64,000 nucleotides of DNA from a virus (lineage: Duplodnaviria > Caudoviricetes): positions 1 to 64,000 of IMG/VR virus record IMGVR_UViG_3300026260_000475. One strand, 5' to 3'. Below are positions 10,675 to 20,144 of the stretch, in pieces. Made by a program: the position numbers and the translations under genes. The notes beneath the pieces are model-generated. The model did not search any database. It saw only the letters and a program-made list of their open reading frames with translations, and was not told where the DNA came from. Each line of letters opens with the position of its first letter. The stretch's first letter is position 1.

Positions 10675-11961
10675 ATGGAAAAAGTAATCATAGTAAACCC
10701 TGATGCAAAAATGGACGCCAAACAATTTGCGTATGCACCGTTAGGTCCATTATACATTGCAGCTGTCTTAGAGAGAGATGGTTTCGAATGTGAGTTATGG
10801 GATTTAAGGGAAGACTTCAATACATATGATAATCCACCAGAGGGTGACATTTATTGTTTAACAGCAGTTACACCACAAATAGATGATATGAAAGAAGTGG
10901 CTCGTAATATCAAAAAGAAATATGGTGATAAGGCATATACCATTATTGGTGGTCCTCACGCAACTTGGTTACCTGAAGATTGTGTCGACCATTTCGATTG
11001 TGTAGTTCAAGATGAGGCAGAGAGTATTATAACAAAGATTTGTACAGAGAAACCAACAGGTGTTCATAGAGGTGATAGAGTTGTTGATTTAGATACGATA
11101 CCACATCCAGCAAGACACTTACTTCCCGACCATAGAGCAGCTAGTGCAGATTTGTGGGGTGGATACAACTACGAAAGTAATGTGATTGGTGCAACACTTA
11201 TGTCAAGTAGAGGTTGTCCTTTCGCTTGTGCTTTTTGTGCTAACCTACAACAAAAGACAAGATTTAGAAGTGCTGAGAATATCGTAGAAGAAATAAAACT
11301 TATGATTGATAAGTATGGTGTAAAACATTTTAGATTCTTAGATGACAACATAATCATAGATAAGAAAAGGTTTGAAAGATTAGCACCGATGTTGCACGAA
11401 TTAGATATTAGATTCAGATGTTCTATTAGTTCGGTATTATTGAATGATGAATATTGTGAGTTATTATATCATGCAGGTTGTAGAGAAGTTGGTATAGGTT
11501 TTGAATCAGCAGATGACGACATACTAAAACTTATTAACAAAGCTGGTAAAGCAACTAACAATATGCACAAAGATGCAGTGCAAGTTATACAGAAGTGGGG
11601 AATGAAAGCTAAGGTTTATATTATTACAGGTTTACCTGGTGAAACAAAAGAATCAATAGAAGCAACAAAGAAGTTTGTATTAGATTTAAAACCTGATAAG
11701 TGGATTTGTTTATTATTCACACCTTATCCTGGTACACCGATTTATATGAATCCAGATTTATATGGTGTAGAGATAATACACAAGAGATTTAGAGAATATG
11801 TTCAGTCGTATCCATCAAAGAGTCATGTAAATCTTAAAAAGGTAGGTAATGGAGAGATATTGGCAACAAATAAAGATTTAGAAGAAAGGTTTGAAGATTT
11901 GTATCATTGGTTAAACAAATTAAATCCAGAATCTATGGAGTATAGTTCATTTAATGGTTAG
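10675..11961 (+). CDS. Cobalamin-binding (class B) radical SAM enzyme
   Basis: PLGPLYIAA, IIGGPHAT (B12-binding domain), SRGCPFACAFC, GFES, GLPGET, PYPGT. Confidence 0.9.
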   Translation: MEKVIIVNPDAKMDAKQFAYAPLGPLYIAAVLERDGFECELWDLREDFNTYDNPPEGDIYCLTAVTPQIDDMKEVARNIKKKYGDKAYTIIGGPHATWLPEDCVDHFDCVVQDEAESIITKICTEKPTGVHRGDRVVDLDTIPHPARHLLPDHRAASADLWGGYNYESNVIGATLMSSRGCPFACAFCANLQQKTRFRSAENIVEEIKLMIDKYGVKHFRFLDDNIIIDKKRFERLAPMLHELDIRFRCSISSVLLNDEYCELLYHAGCREVGIGFESADDDILKLINKAGKATNNMHKDAVQVIQKWGMKAKVYIITGLPGETKESIEATKKFVLDLKPDKWICLLFTPYPGTPIYMNPDLYGVEIIHKRFREYVQSYPSKSHVNLKKVGNGEILATNKDLEERFEDLYHWLNKLNPESMEYSSFNG

Positions 11962-11966
11962 AGGTT

Positions 11967-13367
11967 ATGAAATTAGCAATATGTATTCCGTATAGGGATA
12001 GTGGAGATGGTGTTAGGGAAGAACATTTAAAAAAGTTTATTCCATATCTCACTAAATTCTTAAACGAAAGAAATATAGAACATAAATTTTTTATAGGACA
12101 TCAAGATGACGATAATTTATTTAATCGGTCGCTAATGAAGAATGTTCCATTTATAATCGCACGCGATCAAGGTTATGATTATTTTGCCTTTCACGACGTA
12201 GATATGTTACCAGAAGATGACACGTGTGATTATTCTTATCCGAAAGACCACCCAGTCCAAATAGCAACTTATCTATCACAATGGGATTATAATCTTAGAG
12301 ATGTGGAGTATTTTGGTGGATGTGTATTATTCACGAGAGAACAATTTGAAAAAGTAAATGGGTATAATCCTAATTATTGGGATTGGGGATTCGAAGATGA
12401 TGATTTATTTTATAGATGTCAATTAGAAGGAATGGTAAATAATCGAACTATAGATGGATTGGGTCAAACTAATTATTTACATTTTGATGGTTCAACTCAT
12501 ATAGAAATACCATCTAATCATTCTATCAATCGAGTTATTACTAAAAATTGTAAAATAGAGATAGTAGTTAGACCAGATGTTTCACACCTGACCAATTATT
12601 TAATTGGAGATAGTAAGAGAAAGTTTACTCATTTACCTATTTTAGTAAGACCAGGTTATGATTTTAGGTTAGCGTATGATAATTCAAGAGCATATTCTTC
12701 TACTTTTTGGAGTTGGAGAAATGATTTACATTATATATGGGTTAAGAAACAACCAAATGACTGGACTAAACTAACTTATAAGAGTGAAGATAAAAAACAT
12801 TATCTTATGATTAATGACAAGTTTCAAGATGGAAGACACGGTGCAGGAACAAAGTTACCACTTGAGATTGAAATACCTATGAAACGATATGGTAGAGTAC
12901 CTTATTGGATAGGTAAGGATTCAGATAATATTTTTTTTACAGGAGATATAGCTTCAGTAAAAATGACTAATGATAGAGGTAAAGTAGTATTACATTATGA
13001 TTTTTCAGATGTTGGTGGTGGAGTAGTAGAGGATTTGAGTGAAAATGATAATCATGGTCAAATTATAGGTAATACTATTGCAAAACGAGATACAATAGAT
13101 AAGTTTTATGATTTACCAATACCACATAGAAGATATGGAAAGTATAAGTGTTTAAAACATGAAGATTTAGGAATAGTTGATGGTAAATTTAATAAGGGAG
13201 AGACTACAGCTATTAATGAAAGACTTTATAGAAATAAAATGCAAACAAAAGAGTTAGATTATAAATCAATAGGATTGAATTCTTCAAAGTATGAAATAAA
13301 TTCTATAGATAAAAATGAAGAATTAAATTATGAAATGATTAATATAAAGACTTTCTATGATAAATGA
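11967..13367 (+). CDS. GT7 (beta-1,4-galactosyltransferase-like) enzyme with inserted LamG/ConA-like domain
   Basis: IPYRD, FNR, FHDVD, YFGG, VNGY, WGFEDDD; then LHFDG...F.GDI...LHYDF...DLS.N.NHG; GT7 tail GLNS..Y. Confidence 0.85.
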   Translation: MKLAICIPYRDSGDGVREEHLKKFIPYLTKFLNERNIEHKFFIGHQDDDNLFNRSLMKNVPFIIARDQGYDYFAFHDVDMLPEDDTCDYSYPKDHPVQIATYLSQWDYNLRDVEYFGGCVLFTREQFEKVNGYNPNYWDWGFEDDDLFYRCQLEGMVNNRTIDGLGQTNYLHFDGSTHIEIPSNHSINRVITKNCKIEIVVRPDVSHLTNYLIGDSKRKFTHLPILVRPGYDFRLAYDNSRAYSSTFWSWRNDLHYIWVKKQPNDWTKLTYKSEDKKHYLMINDKFQDGRHGAGTKLPLEIEIPMKRYGRVPYWIGKDSDNIFFTGDIASVKMTNDRGKVVLHYDFSDVGGGVVEDLSENDNHGQIIGNTIAKRDTIDKFYDLPIPHRRYGKYKCLKHEDLGIVDGKFNKGETTAINERLYRNKMQTKELDYKSIGLNSSKYEINSIDKNEELNYEMINIKTFYDK

Positions 13368-13824
13368 TAAAAAAAAATTAGCTTATGTTAGAAGATTATA
13401 TGGTGAAGCACCTGATGGTCATTTAGAATTATCAGATATAGTTGGTTGGCCAAGAGATGAGGAATGGATGAATGATTTACCACATATGAATCATGGTTTG
13501 AAGAAAAGACGAGGTTCAGTTTGTCCGTGTGTATATGAAAAGTATAATGAAGTTACTAATAGAGCAATTGTAAAATATATTTGTGAATTATTAGAGTCTG
13601 ATATAAAGATTCCTTTAAGAGTTAGAGATGTTAAGGGAGTTATTTCAATGATAGATGGAGTTCATACAGCTATCGCATATAATGAGTTAGGTATAAGTAA
13701 AGTACCAGTACATATCAATCCTAAACGAGCTCGATATGGTGTTTGTTATAAAGATTATTTAATTAGACCTAATGGTGAGAAGATAAAAGTAAAACCTACG
13801 ATTGGATATTACGATGTTAAGTAA
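13357..13824 (+). CDS. ParB/Srx-like N-terminal domain protein
   Basis: P.RV......IDGVHT.IAY.ELG...VPV resembles the ParB-N DG.HR motif (Arg replaced by Thr). Confidence 0.45.
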   Translation: MINDKKKLAYVRRLYGEAPDGHLELSDIVGWPRDEEWMNDLPHMNHGLKKRRGSVCPCVYEKYNEVTNRAIVKYICELLESDIKIPLRVRDVKGVISMIDGVHTAIAYNELGISKVPVHINPKRARYGVCYKDYLIRPNGEKIKVKPTIGYYDVK

Positions 13825-14917
13825 ATATGATGTTTATTATTCAACTGGTGGATTACATTTTGTAGGTGGTGGTTCTGATGTATGGATTAATAATTGGATA
13901 GAATTAATTACAAAAGGTTTAGATGTAAAACCAATACTTTGTATAGATAGAATTAAAACACCTATGAGTGATGAGAATTGGTATCATGGATATTATGCTG
14001 AAAAGTTTAAAGGGATAAAAATTGTAGAAGTTGAAAAGGAATCTGATTTAGAAGAAGAAGCTGATTTATATGTTATGTGGGCACGAGCGGAAATTAAAGA
14101 TTTTTTTATAGATGTAGTCAATAATTGTAGACGACTTAATATATTACATGGGTTTTATCGTCCAAAGGATATAATAATTAATAACTTTGACAAGTTACAT
14201 TCAGTTATTTTACATGTATCGGTAAGAGTATCATTAAAAGCTGGTTTTCTTTTAAATTTGGATCCAATTCAACATTTTTCAGGAACAGCTGAATGGGAAG
14301 ATGAAGTTGCTAAACGAGCAAAGAATGTTATATGGATAGGACTTGATAAAATTCCATTACACGACACGGTAGATATAATTGATATACCTAATTATTATAT
14401 TTTTAATCAATATCTACCATCTATTGAAAATAATACTATAGGGTTTACTTCGAGATGTGAGACAAGGAAATGTCCACACTTTATAGATGGATTAGATTCA
14501 ATTGCATTTACTAAACCAAGTGATTTATGGTGGTGGACAAAAAATCTTGGATATAAATTTGAAAAAACTAGGGTAACTCAATTTAGATTTAGTTATTTGG
14601 ATAAATTTTTTAAATCAAAGAGATGGGGAATAAGTCATTCAGCCTTTATTGATGAACCATTTGGTTATTCTATATTCCAAGCGGTAGATTATGGAAAAAT
14701 ACCTATATTGAATAGTAATTGGTGTACTGATATAGAATATCCTTTTAGAGCATTCACTAAAGAGGATTTTAATACTGAATATAACAAAATTTGTAGTCTA
14801 TCTGTCAATGAAAGGAACGAAATACTTGATAATTTACGAATTAACCTAAATGATCGGTATAATAATCCTGATTTATGGACAGAGAGATATTTATCTATAT
14901 ATAATCAAGGAAGTTAA
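13814..14917 (+). CDS. GT-B fold glycosyltransferase (GT4-like)
   Basis: N-terminal GGG.D, central R.ETRK, and EPFGYSIFQAVDYG.IPI (EX7E-type motif with Q). Confidence 0.7.
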   Translation: MLSKYDVYYSTGGLHFVGGGSDVWINNWIELITKGLDVKPILCIDRIKTPMSDENWYHGYYAEKFKGIKIVEVEKESDLEEEADLYVMWARAEIKDFFIDVVNNCRRLNILHGFYRPKDIIINNFDKLHSVILHVSVRVSLKAGFLLNLDPIQHFSGTAEWEDEVAKRAKNVIWIGLDKIPLHDTVDIIDIPNYYIFNQYLPSIENNTIGFTSRCETRKCPHFIDGLDSIAFTKPSDLWWWTKNLGYKFEKTRVTQFRFSYLDKFFKSKRWGISHSAFIDEPFGYSIFQAVDYGKIPILNSNWCTDIEYPFRAFTKEDFNTEYNKICSLSVNERNEILDNLRINLNDRYNNPDLWTERYLSIYNQGS

Positions 14918-14919
14918 TA

Positions 14920-15999
14920 ATGGGTGCACCCAGTAATGAAAATTTAAGTTTAGGAAAACTAAGAAGAGCAGTGGACGGAAACAATTCGTATACTGATATA
15001 TCTAAATTAGGTGAGGTGTGTGCTGGAACGACATCTGCTAATGCAAATGTATCAATGTCAGATTTTTATATTTCAGCTGTCGCAGCTCCTACAGGATATG
15101 CGTTTGTAGATGAACAAACAGCTGAAACTTATACCTTACAGTTTTCTGATACTGGGGCTCGGTTTCTTGCACGAATAGGAGCTCAAAGCTTTAATTTCTC
15201 TTGGAGTGGTTCAGCGTTATTTCCACCTGGATCAAGTCAAGATTATACTGCAGTATACACAGCTGGTTCGATATCAAATGTAGATACAGCAAATACGGAG
15301 GGTGATGGAACTCGTGGAACTTTTCACGCAGCTCATACCAATGATACAGCTGCAGTAGTTGGTGGAACATTTGCAGAAGATGGTCAATCAGATGGATATA
15401 ATGACCACGCAACAAACTATAATAGTAAATTAACAAAGAGTGTTCAGATAGAGGATACATATAATAGTAGTGCTATTACTTGTTTCTTACCTGATACACC
15501 AATTGAGTTAGCGGACGGTGAAATACTACCTATTGAAGATTTAGTAGTAGGGGATAAAATAAAATCATTCGATTTAGAGGGATTACCAGACGAATCTTTA
15601 GGTATAGATAGATATAGAAATTTTAGTTTAGATACTACTATAGGAGAACACATAGAAACGGAAGTAAAAAATGTGTGGTTTGACTTTAATACTGGATATT
15701 TAAATATAAACAATGGATTACTAAAGGTTACGAGTGAACACGAATTTTGGTGTTTGAATAATACTACTGATAATGATGCAAACCCGTATATGCCTGTTAT
15801 AGGTAAATGGGGATTTAAAAAAGCTGTACAATTGAAAGCGGGTGATAAGTTATTTAGTCAGAATGGAATAATTGAAGTAGAATCAATTGAATGGAATCAT
15901 CTTGAGGTTGAGGTTGTTAATATTAACGTAGAACCAGTAGATGTATATTTTGTTAATGGTATTTTGGCACACAATAAGGGAAATAATTCACAACACTAA
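14920..15999 (+). CDS. Ser/Thr/Gly/Ala-rich putative structural protein with C-terminal Hint (intein-like) domain
   Basis: Hint at 15481-15975: block A CFLPDTPI...IEDL.VGD, block B VTSEHEF, block F/G VVNINVE...YFVNGILAHN; followed by only KGNNSQH. Confidence 0.85.
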   Translation: MGAPSNENLSLGKLRRAVDGNNSYTDISKLGEVCAGTTSANANVSMSDFYISAVAAPTGYAFVDEQTAETYTLQFSDTGARFLARIGAQSFNFSWSGSALFPPGSSQDYTAVYTAGSISNVDTANTEGDGTRGTFHAAHTNDTAAVVGGTFAEDGQSDGYNDHATNYNSKLTKSVQIEDTYNSSAITCFLPDTPIELADGEILPIEDLVVGDKIKSFDLEGLPDESLGIDRYRNFSLDTTIGEHIETEVKNVWFDFNTGYLNINNGLLKVTSEHEFWCLNNTTDNDANPYMPVIGKWGFKKAVQLKAGDKLFSQNGIIEVESIEWNHLEVEVVNINVEPVDVYFVNGILAHNKGNNSQH

Positions 16000-16007
16000 T
16001 ATTATAA

Positions 16008-16709
16008 ATGTTATTAATTAATCAATCGGTTTTAAAACAGTTCTTAACTTCTAACGATTTCAAGTCGGATGTTAAATATAAATGGACACACGGAGCTACT
16101 GAAGATTATTTAGGTCTCGGTATGGTTTTTTACGCATTGACTTATTTTTACAAGTTTAAATCTTGTATTGTATTAGGTAGTGGTGGTGGATTTGTCCCAA
16201 GAATTATTAGACAGGCTCAATGGGATATTAAGGATTTAGGTTTTGGTGAAGAAGAAGATTACCATGTCTATTTAGTAGATGCTAAAAATGGAATAAATGG
16301 TATTACTGAATGGGGTGAAGATGATTGGTTTATAAAAAGATTTTGGATAGATACAATCGTAAGTACTACAGAAAAAGCTTACTATGATTATTTTGTAAGA
16401 AGAAATATTAAAGCAGATATGATACATATAGATGCAGGACACTCTTTAGAAGATGTAGAAAGAGATTTTGAATTATATTCTAAATTATTAAATAAGAATG
16501 GAATAATAACTATACACGATATAGATTCAGAATGGAATGAAACAATTCAAACTACAGAAACAGAAACATATGATAAATGCGAAGGCCCATCAGAGTTTAT
16601 AAAAAAATTAGATAAGAAAAAATGGAGACTTATAAGTTTAATGGATTACACACCAGAAACAGAACACCCAACTTCAAGTGGATTGGCAGTTATACAGAGA
16701 AATGAATAA
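16008..16709 (+). CDS. Class I SAM-dependent methyltransferase (Methyltransf_24-like)
   Basis: VLGSGGG, LVDA, IHIDAGHS...DF...L..NGIITIHD. Confidence 0.8.
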   Translation: MLLINQSVLKQFLTSNDFKSDVKYKWTHGATEDYLGLGMVFYALTYFYKFKSCIVLGSGGGFVPRIIRQAQWDIKDLGFGEEEDYHVYLVDAKNGINGITEWGEDDWFIKRFWIDTIVSTTEKAYYDYFVRRNIKADMIHIDAGHSLEDVERDFELYSKLLNKNGIITIHDIDSEWNETIQTTETETYDKCEGPSEFIKKLDKKKWRLISLMDYTPETEHPTSSGLAVIQRNE

Positions 16710-18282
16710 ACATAAATTAGCAATTATAGTTCCTTATAGAGATAGGGAGAAGCAGTTAAATATATTTCTTCCACACATGGAAAAGTTTTTATCAAGACCA
16801 GCTCAAGAACAAAGATATGGTGGAACTTCAGCAGTAGATTCTGAGAAATTAGATTATGATATATTTGTAGTAGAACAAATGGATGATTATCCTTTTAATA
16901 GAGGAATGTTGATAAACAGTTGTGTTAAAATGTTACCAGAAGAATATGATTATCTTGTATTTCATGATATAGATTTATTACCAATGACTGATAGTATTGA
17001 TTACAGATATGAGGAAAAACCAGTTCATTTAATTTCAGAGGTTGAGGGTAATAAGACATTACCTTATTTTGAATATATAGGTGGAGCTTTTAAAATACCT
17101 CGACATATTTTTGAAAAGATAAATGGATTTTCAAATGAATATTGGGGTTGGGGATTTGAAGATTTAGATTTTTTATTAAGAATGAGAGAAAGTCATTTAA
17201 CAGAGTTGGAACATTTTTATGATACTTCCAATTTGACTCGAAATAAAATATATGATTATGTCGGAGTTATACCAGCTAATGTTAAAATGAATAGAAAGTT
17301 TAGAAGTTTAAAATTTGATGGTAATAATTATGTAAAAATACATAATAATGATAGAATTACAAATATAACACATGGTTCTTATTCAGTCTCGGCTTGGTTT
17401 AATCCACAACTTACTAAAGATGATAAAGCTACTAAGTTAGAACCTATAAGTATTGTTTCACGTGCGGGATTTCATACTGGTATCCAGATAGTTGATATTT
17501 CTGATACTGATGTTCAAGTTAGGTGTATGGGATTCACGGAAGATACTGCAGATTCAGTTGATGATAATTTTGCAATAGAGTTTAGTGTACAAATAAATGA
17601 ATGGAGTCATGTTTGTTTTGTTTTAAATGATAAACAAAAGAAAATACAGGTTTATTTAGACGGAGTTGAAGTGGATGGTACTAATCAAAAAATAACTTAT
17701 GAGAATAGTTTGAAATTCTATGATAGTTCTTATTTTATTGGTTCTTCTTATGAAAAAACTGGTAATTTTAAAGGTTTGATATCAGAACCTTGTTGGTTTG
17801 ATTATGCGTTGAATGAACAAGAAGTTAATTTACTTTATGAAAAGAATCCATCGGAACATTCGTGGACACATTTTTATGATGAACCTTGTATGTATTTTCC
17901 TTTTGATCAACTTTATAATAATTTTGTTTTTGATTCATCATTTACTCATTCAAATGGTAAAATATACTGTCTCGAAAATACTGAAGATTTACTTGTTGAA
18001 CAAGAAACAATACTTGGTACTGAAATAGAATTACCTAAACGTTTGAATGGTAAGTTTAAAAGTTTAACTAAAGACAAAATGAAAAATATTAAACAAAATA
18101 TGAAATGGATTAATATAGATTACTTTGAAGACCCTGATATACAGGAAAATTATTTATTTTTTAATGAGTTGGTTAAAGATTTGAAAATACTTTCAGTTGA
18201 AGATGGTCTTTCAAATTTAACTTTTAATTTATTAGATGAAACGGAATATAAAAATGCAAAGTTTATGAAAGTTGCTTTGTGA
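16702..18282 (+). CDS. GT7-like galactosyltransferase with inserted LamG/ConA-like domain
   Basis: IVPYRDR, FNRG, FHDID, INGFSNEYWGWGFEDLD; insert LKFDG..SVSAWF..WSHV..VYLDG..FKGLI; tail DGLSNL.F. Confidence 0.85.
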   Translation: MNKHKLAIIVPYRDREKQLNIFLPHMEKFLSRPAQEQRYGGTSAVDSEKLDYDIFVVEQMDDYPFNRGMLINSCVKMLPEEYDYLVFHDIDLLPMTDSIDYRYEEKPVHLISEVEGNKTLPYFEYIGGAFKIPRHIFEKINGFSNEYWGWGFEDLDFLLRMRESHLTELEHFYDTSNLTRNKIYDYVGVIPANVKMNRKFRSLKFDGNNYVKIHNNDRITNITHGSYSVSAWFNPQLTKDDKATKLEPISIVSRAGFHTGIQIVDISDTDVQVRCMGFTEDTADSVDDNFAIEFSVQINEWSHVCFVLNDKQKKIQVYLDGVEVDGTNQKITYENSLKFYDSSYFIGSSYEKTGNFKGLISEPCWFDYALNEQEVNLLYEKNPSEHSWTHFYDEPCMYFPFDQLYNNFVFDSSFTHSNGKIYCLENTEDLLVEQETILGTEIELPKRLNGKFKSLTKDKMKNIKQNMKWINIDYFEDPDIQENYLFFNELVKDLKILSVEDGLSNLTFNLLDETEYKNAKFMKVAL

Positions 18283-19010
18283 TTTATTTTACGGGTTGTA
18301 GTTTTACTTGGGGAGCAGGTTTACAGTATGATTATCTTAGAAATAAAGAAGGTTGGAGTGTTGATAAAATAAATAAACATATTCCACCCATGTTTAAGTT
18401 AGAAGATGTAGGGTATGAGGCAGATGAATATAGAAAAAAACATCATTTTCCAAATTTAGTAGCTAAGGAGATAGATAAAACATATAAAGTTCTTAATTTA
18501 CATAATGGTGGTAGTAATTATAGTATTTTAGAAGATTGTAAAACCCTTCCATTTCATGAAGCAGAATTAGTTGTGGTTCAATTTACGGATTGGGTACGAG
18601 GATACTCGGAACTTCGTGCTATTAACCCAGAAGAACTTTCAGAAGAAAAAATTAATAGTATTATTTTCAAACAAATAGAAGAAATTAATAATGTAATAAA
18701 AAAGAGGACACAAAATAAAAAATGGATAGGGATTTCTTGGAGAAAAGATTTAGCTTTAGTTTTAAAAGAACATTTTCCAGAAAATCATGTTCCTATATTT
18801 TATGATAGGAAAGAATACGATTCATTTGAAGAAGTTTTACCTGGAGATACATTTAATAACTATAATTTTTCAAGTACAGAGAATTTAAGAATATGTGATG
18901 TGATAAAGGGTGTGAAGGATACACATTTAAGTTCAAAGGGACATCAAATGATAGCAGATTCAATAACTTTTTATTTAAATTTTAAGGAGATTAAAAATGG
19001 CAGAAACTAA
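18279..19010 (+). CDS. SGNH/GDSL-like hydrolase or acyltransferase
   Basis: FTGCSFTWG, NGGSN, DTHLS.KGH. Confidence 0.7.
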   Translation: MIYFTGCSFTWGAGLQYDYLRNKEGWSVDKINKHIPPMFKLEDVGYEADEYRKKHHFPNLVAKEIDKTYKVLNLHNGGSNYSILEDCKTLPFHEAELVVVQFTDWVRGYSELRAINPEELSEEKINSIIFKQIEEINNVIKKRTQNKKWIGISWRKDLALVLKEHFPENHVPIFYDRKEYDSFEEVLPGDTFNNYNFSSTENLRICDVIKGVKDTHLSSKGHQMIADSITFYLNFKEIKNGRN

Positions 19011-19239
19011 AACTCATAAGGAAAGAGAAGTAGTTGCTTTAGAATCAATTGCTGATAGTTTTAAGAGAATAGCAGATTCAGTTGAGACATTTGAGGATGT
19101 TACTTTAAATGTAGACCCAGAAGCTTGGTCTGAACGATTAGAGTGGTACTTAAATGAATTTTTTCTTATGGCTAAGAGTAAAGTGGTTGGTCAAGGTCAA
19201 AGTAGACCAGACCGTAGAGCACCTGTATCTAAGAAATGA
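18997..19239 (+). CDS. Small hypothetical protein (80 aa)
   Basis: AAGGAG upstream of the ATG; coupled to both neighbours. Confidence 0.65.
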   Translation: MAETKTHKEREVVALESIADSFKRIADSVETFEDVTLNVDPEAWSERLEWYLNEFFLMAKSKVVGQGQSRPDRRAPVSKK

Positions 19240-20144
19240 AATATAAAACTCTAATTTGGAGTGGTTGTTCTATGACATATGGTAATGGAATGATTGATGA
19301 ACAAGGTAAAACAACTGAAGAACTATATAGTGATAAAAAAGTAGAATGGTTACATCCAAAATTTTATGAAACATTTCCTGATGTCGAGACAATGCAACAA
19401 GGATGTGAGGCAGTAAAACAAATAAGTTATCCTATGCAGGTGGGTAAAAAATTAGAATTGGATACATATAATTTGGCAATTGGTGGTTATGGAGTGGAAT
19501 CACAATTGAGAAAAATATCTTCATTTTTAATTAAAAATAAAAATAAAATTGATTATACTAAAACTATAGTTTGTTATCAAATTCCAGCATTAAGTAGAGT
19601 TGAGTTATTAAATAATTTAGATATACACGGAGAACCAAGATTTCATTTTTACCCTTTTCAGATATCAAGAGGAGAACGAGGAGATGATACTGGTAAACTT
19701 GGTAGAGGAGCATTACATCCAAGATTAGAACACTTTTTTAAATATAATTTTGATTTTGACTTTTATATTGCAAAATTTTTGATGCAATTGGTAGAGTATA
19801 GAGGGTTTTTAGAATCTAAAGGAATTTTATTTCTACCACATAATATGACTGAGGAAGGTTTTCCGTATGAGAGAGAGGATGAATTTATTGAAAAGAATAT
19901 GTTGAACTTTAATCAATGGAATCATGTTAAAGTAGATTTTCCTAATAGGAAATCTTTATTTAAAGAGTTAAAATTATGGAAAGAACCTGATTTTGAAATT
20001 AGTAAAATGAGTAATTTAGGTAAAAAATATTATAACGCACTTAGTTTGATTGAGTGTGGTTATAATAATGATTTACATTATTCACCTGAAGGTCATACGA
20101 TATTGGCTGAAGTGTATGCTAAACATTTGAAAGATTTTTTATGA
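19236..20144 (+). CDS. SGNH/GDSL-like hydrolase or acyltransferase
   Basis: SGCSMTYG, NLAIGG.G, DLHYS.EGH. Confidence 0.7.
   Translation: MKYKTLIWSGCSMTYGNGMIDEQGKTTEELYSDKKVEWLHPKFYETFPDVETMQQGCEAVKQISYPMQVGKKLELDTYNLAIGGYGVESQLRKISSFLIKNKNKIDYTKTIVCYQIPALSRVELLNNLDIHGEPRFHFYPFQISRGERGDDTGKLGRGALHPRLEHFFKYNFDFDFYIAKFLMQLVEYRGFLESKGILFLPHNMTEEGFPYEREDEFIEKNMLNFNQWNHVKVDFPNRKSLFKELKLWKEPDFEISKMSNLGKKYYNALSLIECGYNNDLHYSPEGHTILAEVYAKHLKDFL

Noticed and set aside
15481-15975. Canonical splicing intein or mobile homing element
   Set aside because: The +1 residue is Lys, the C-extein is only 7 aa and there is no endonuclease insert. It is treated as a BIL/Hint cleavage domain.
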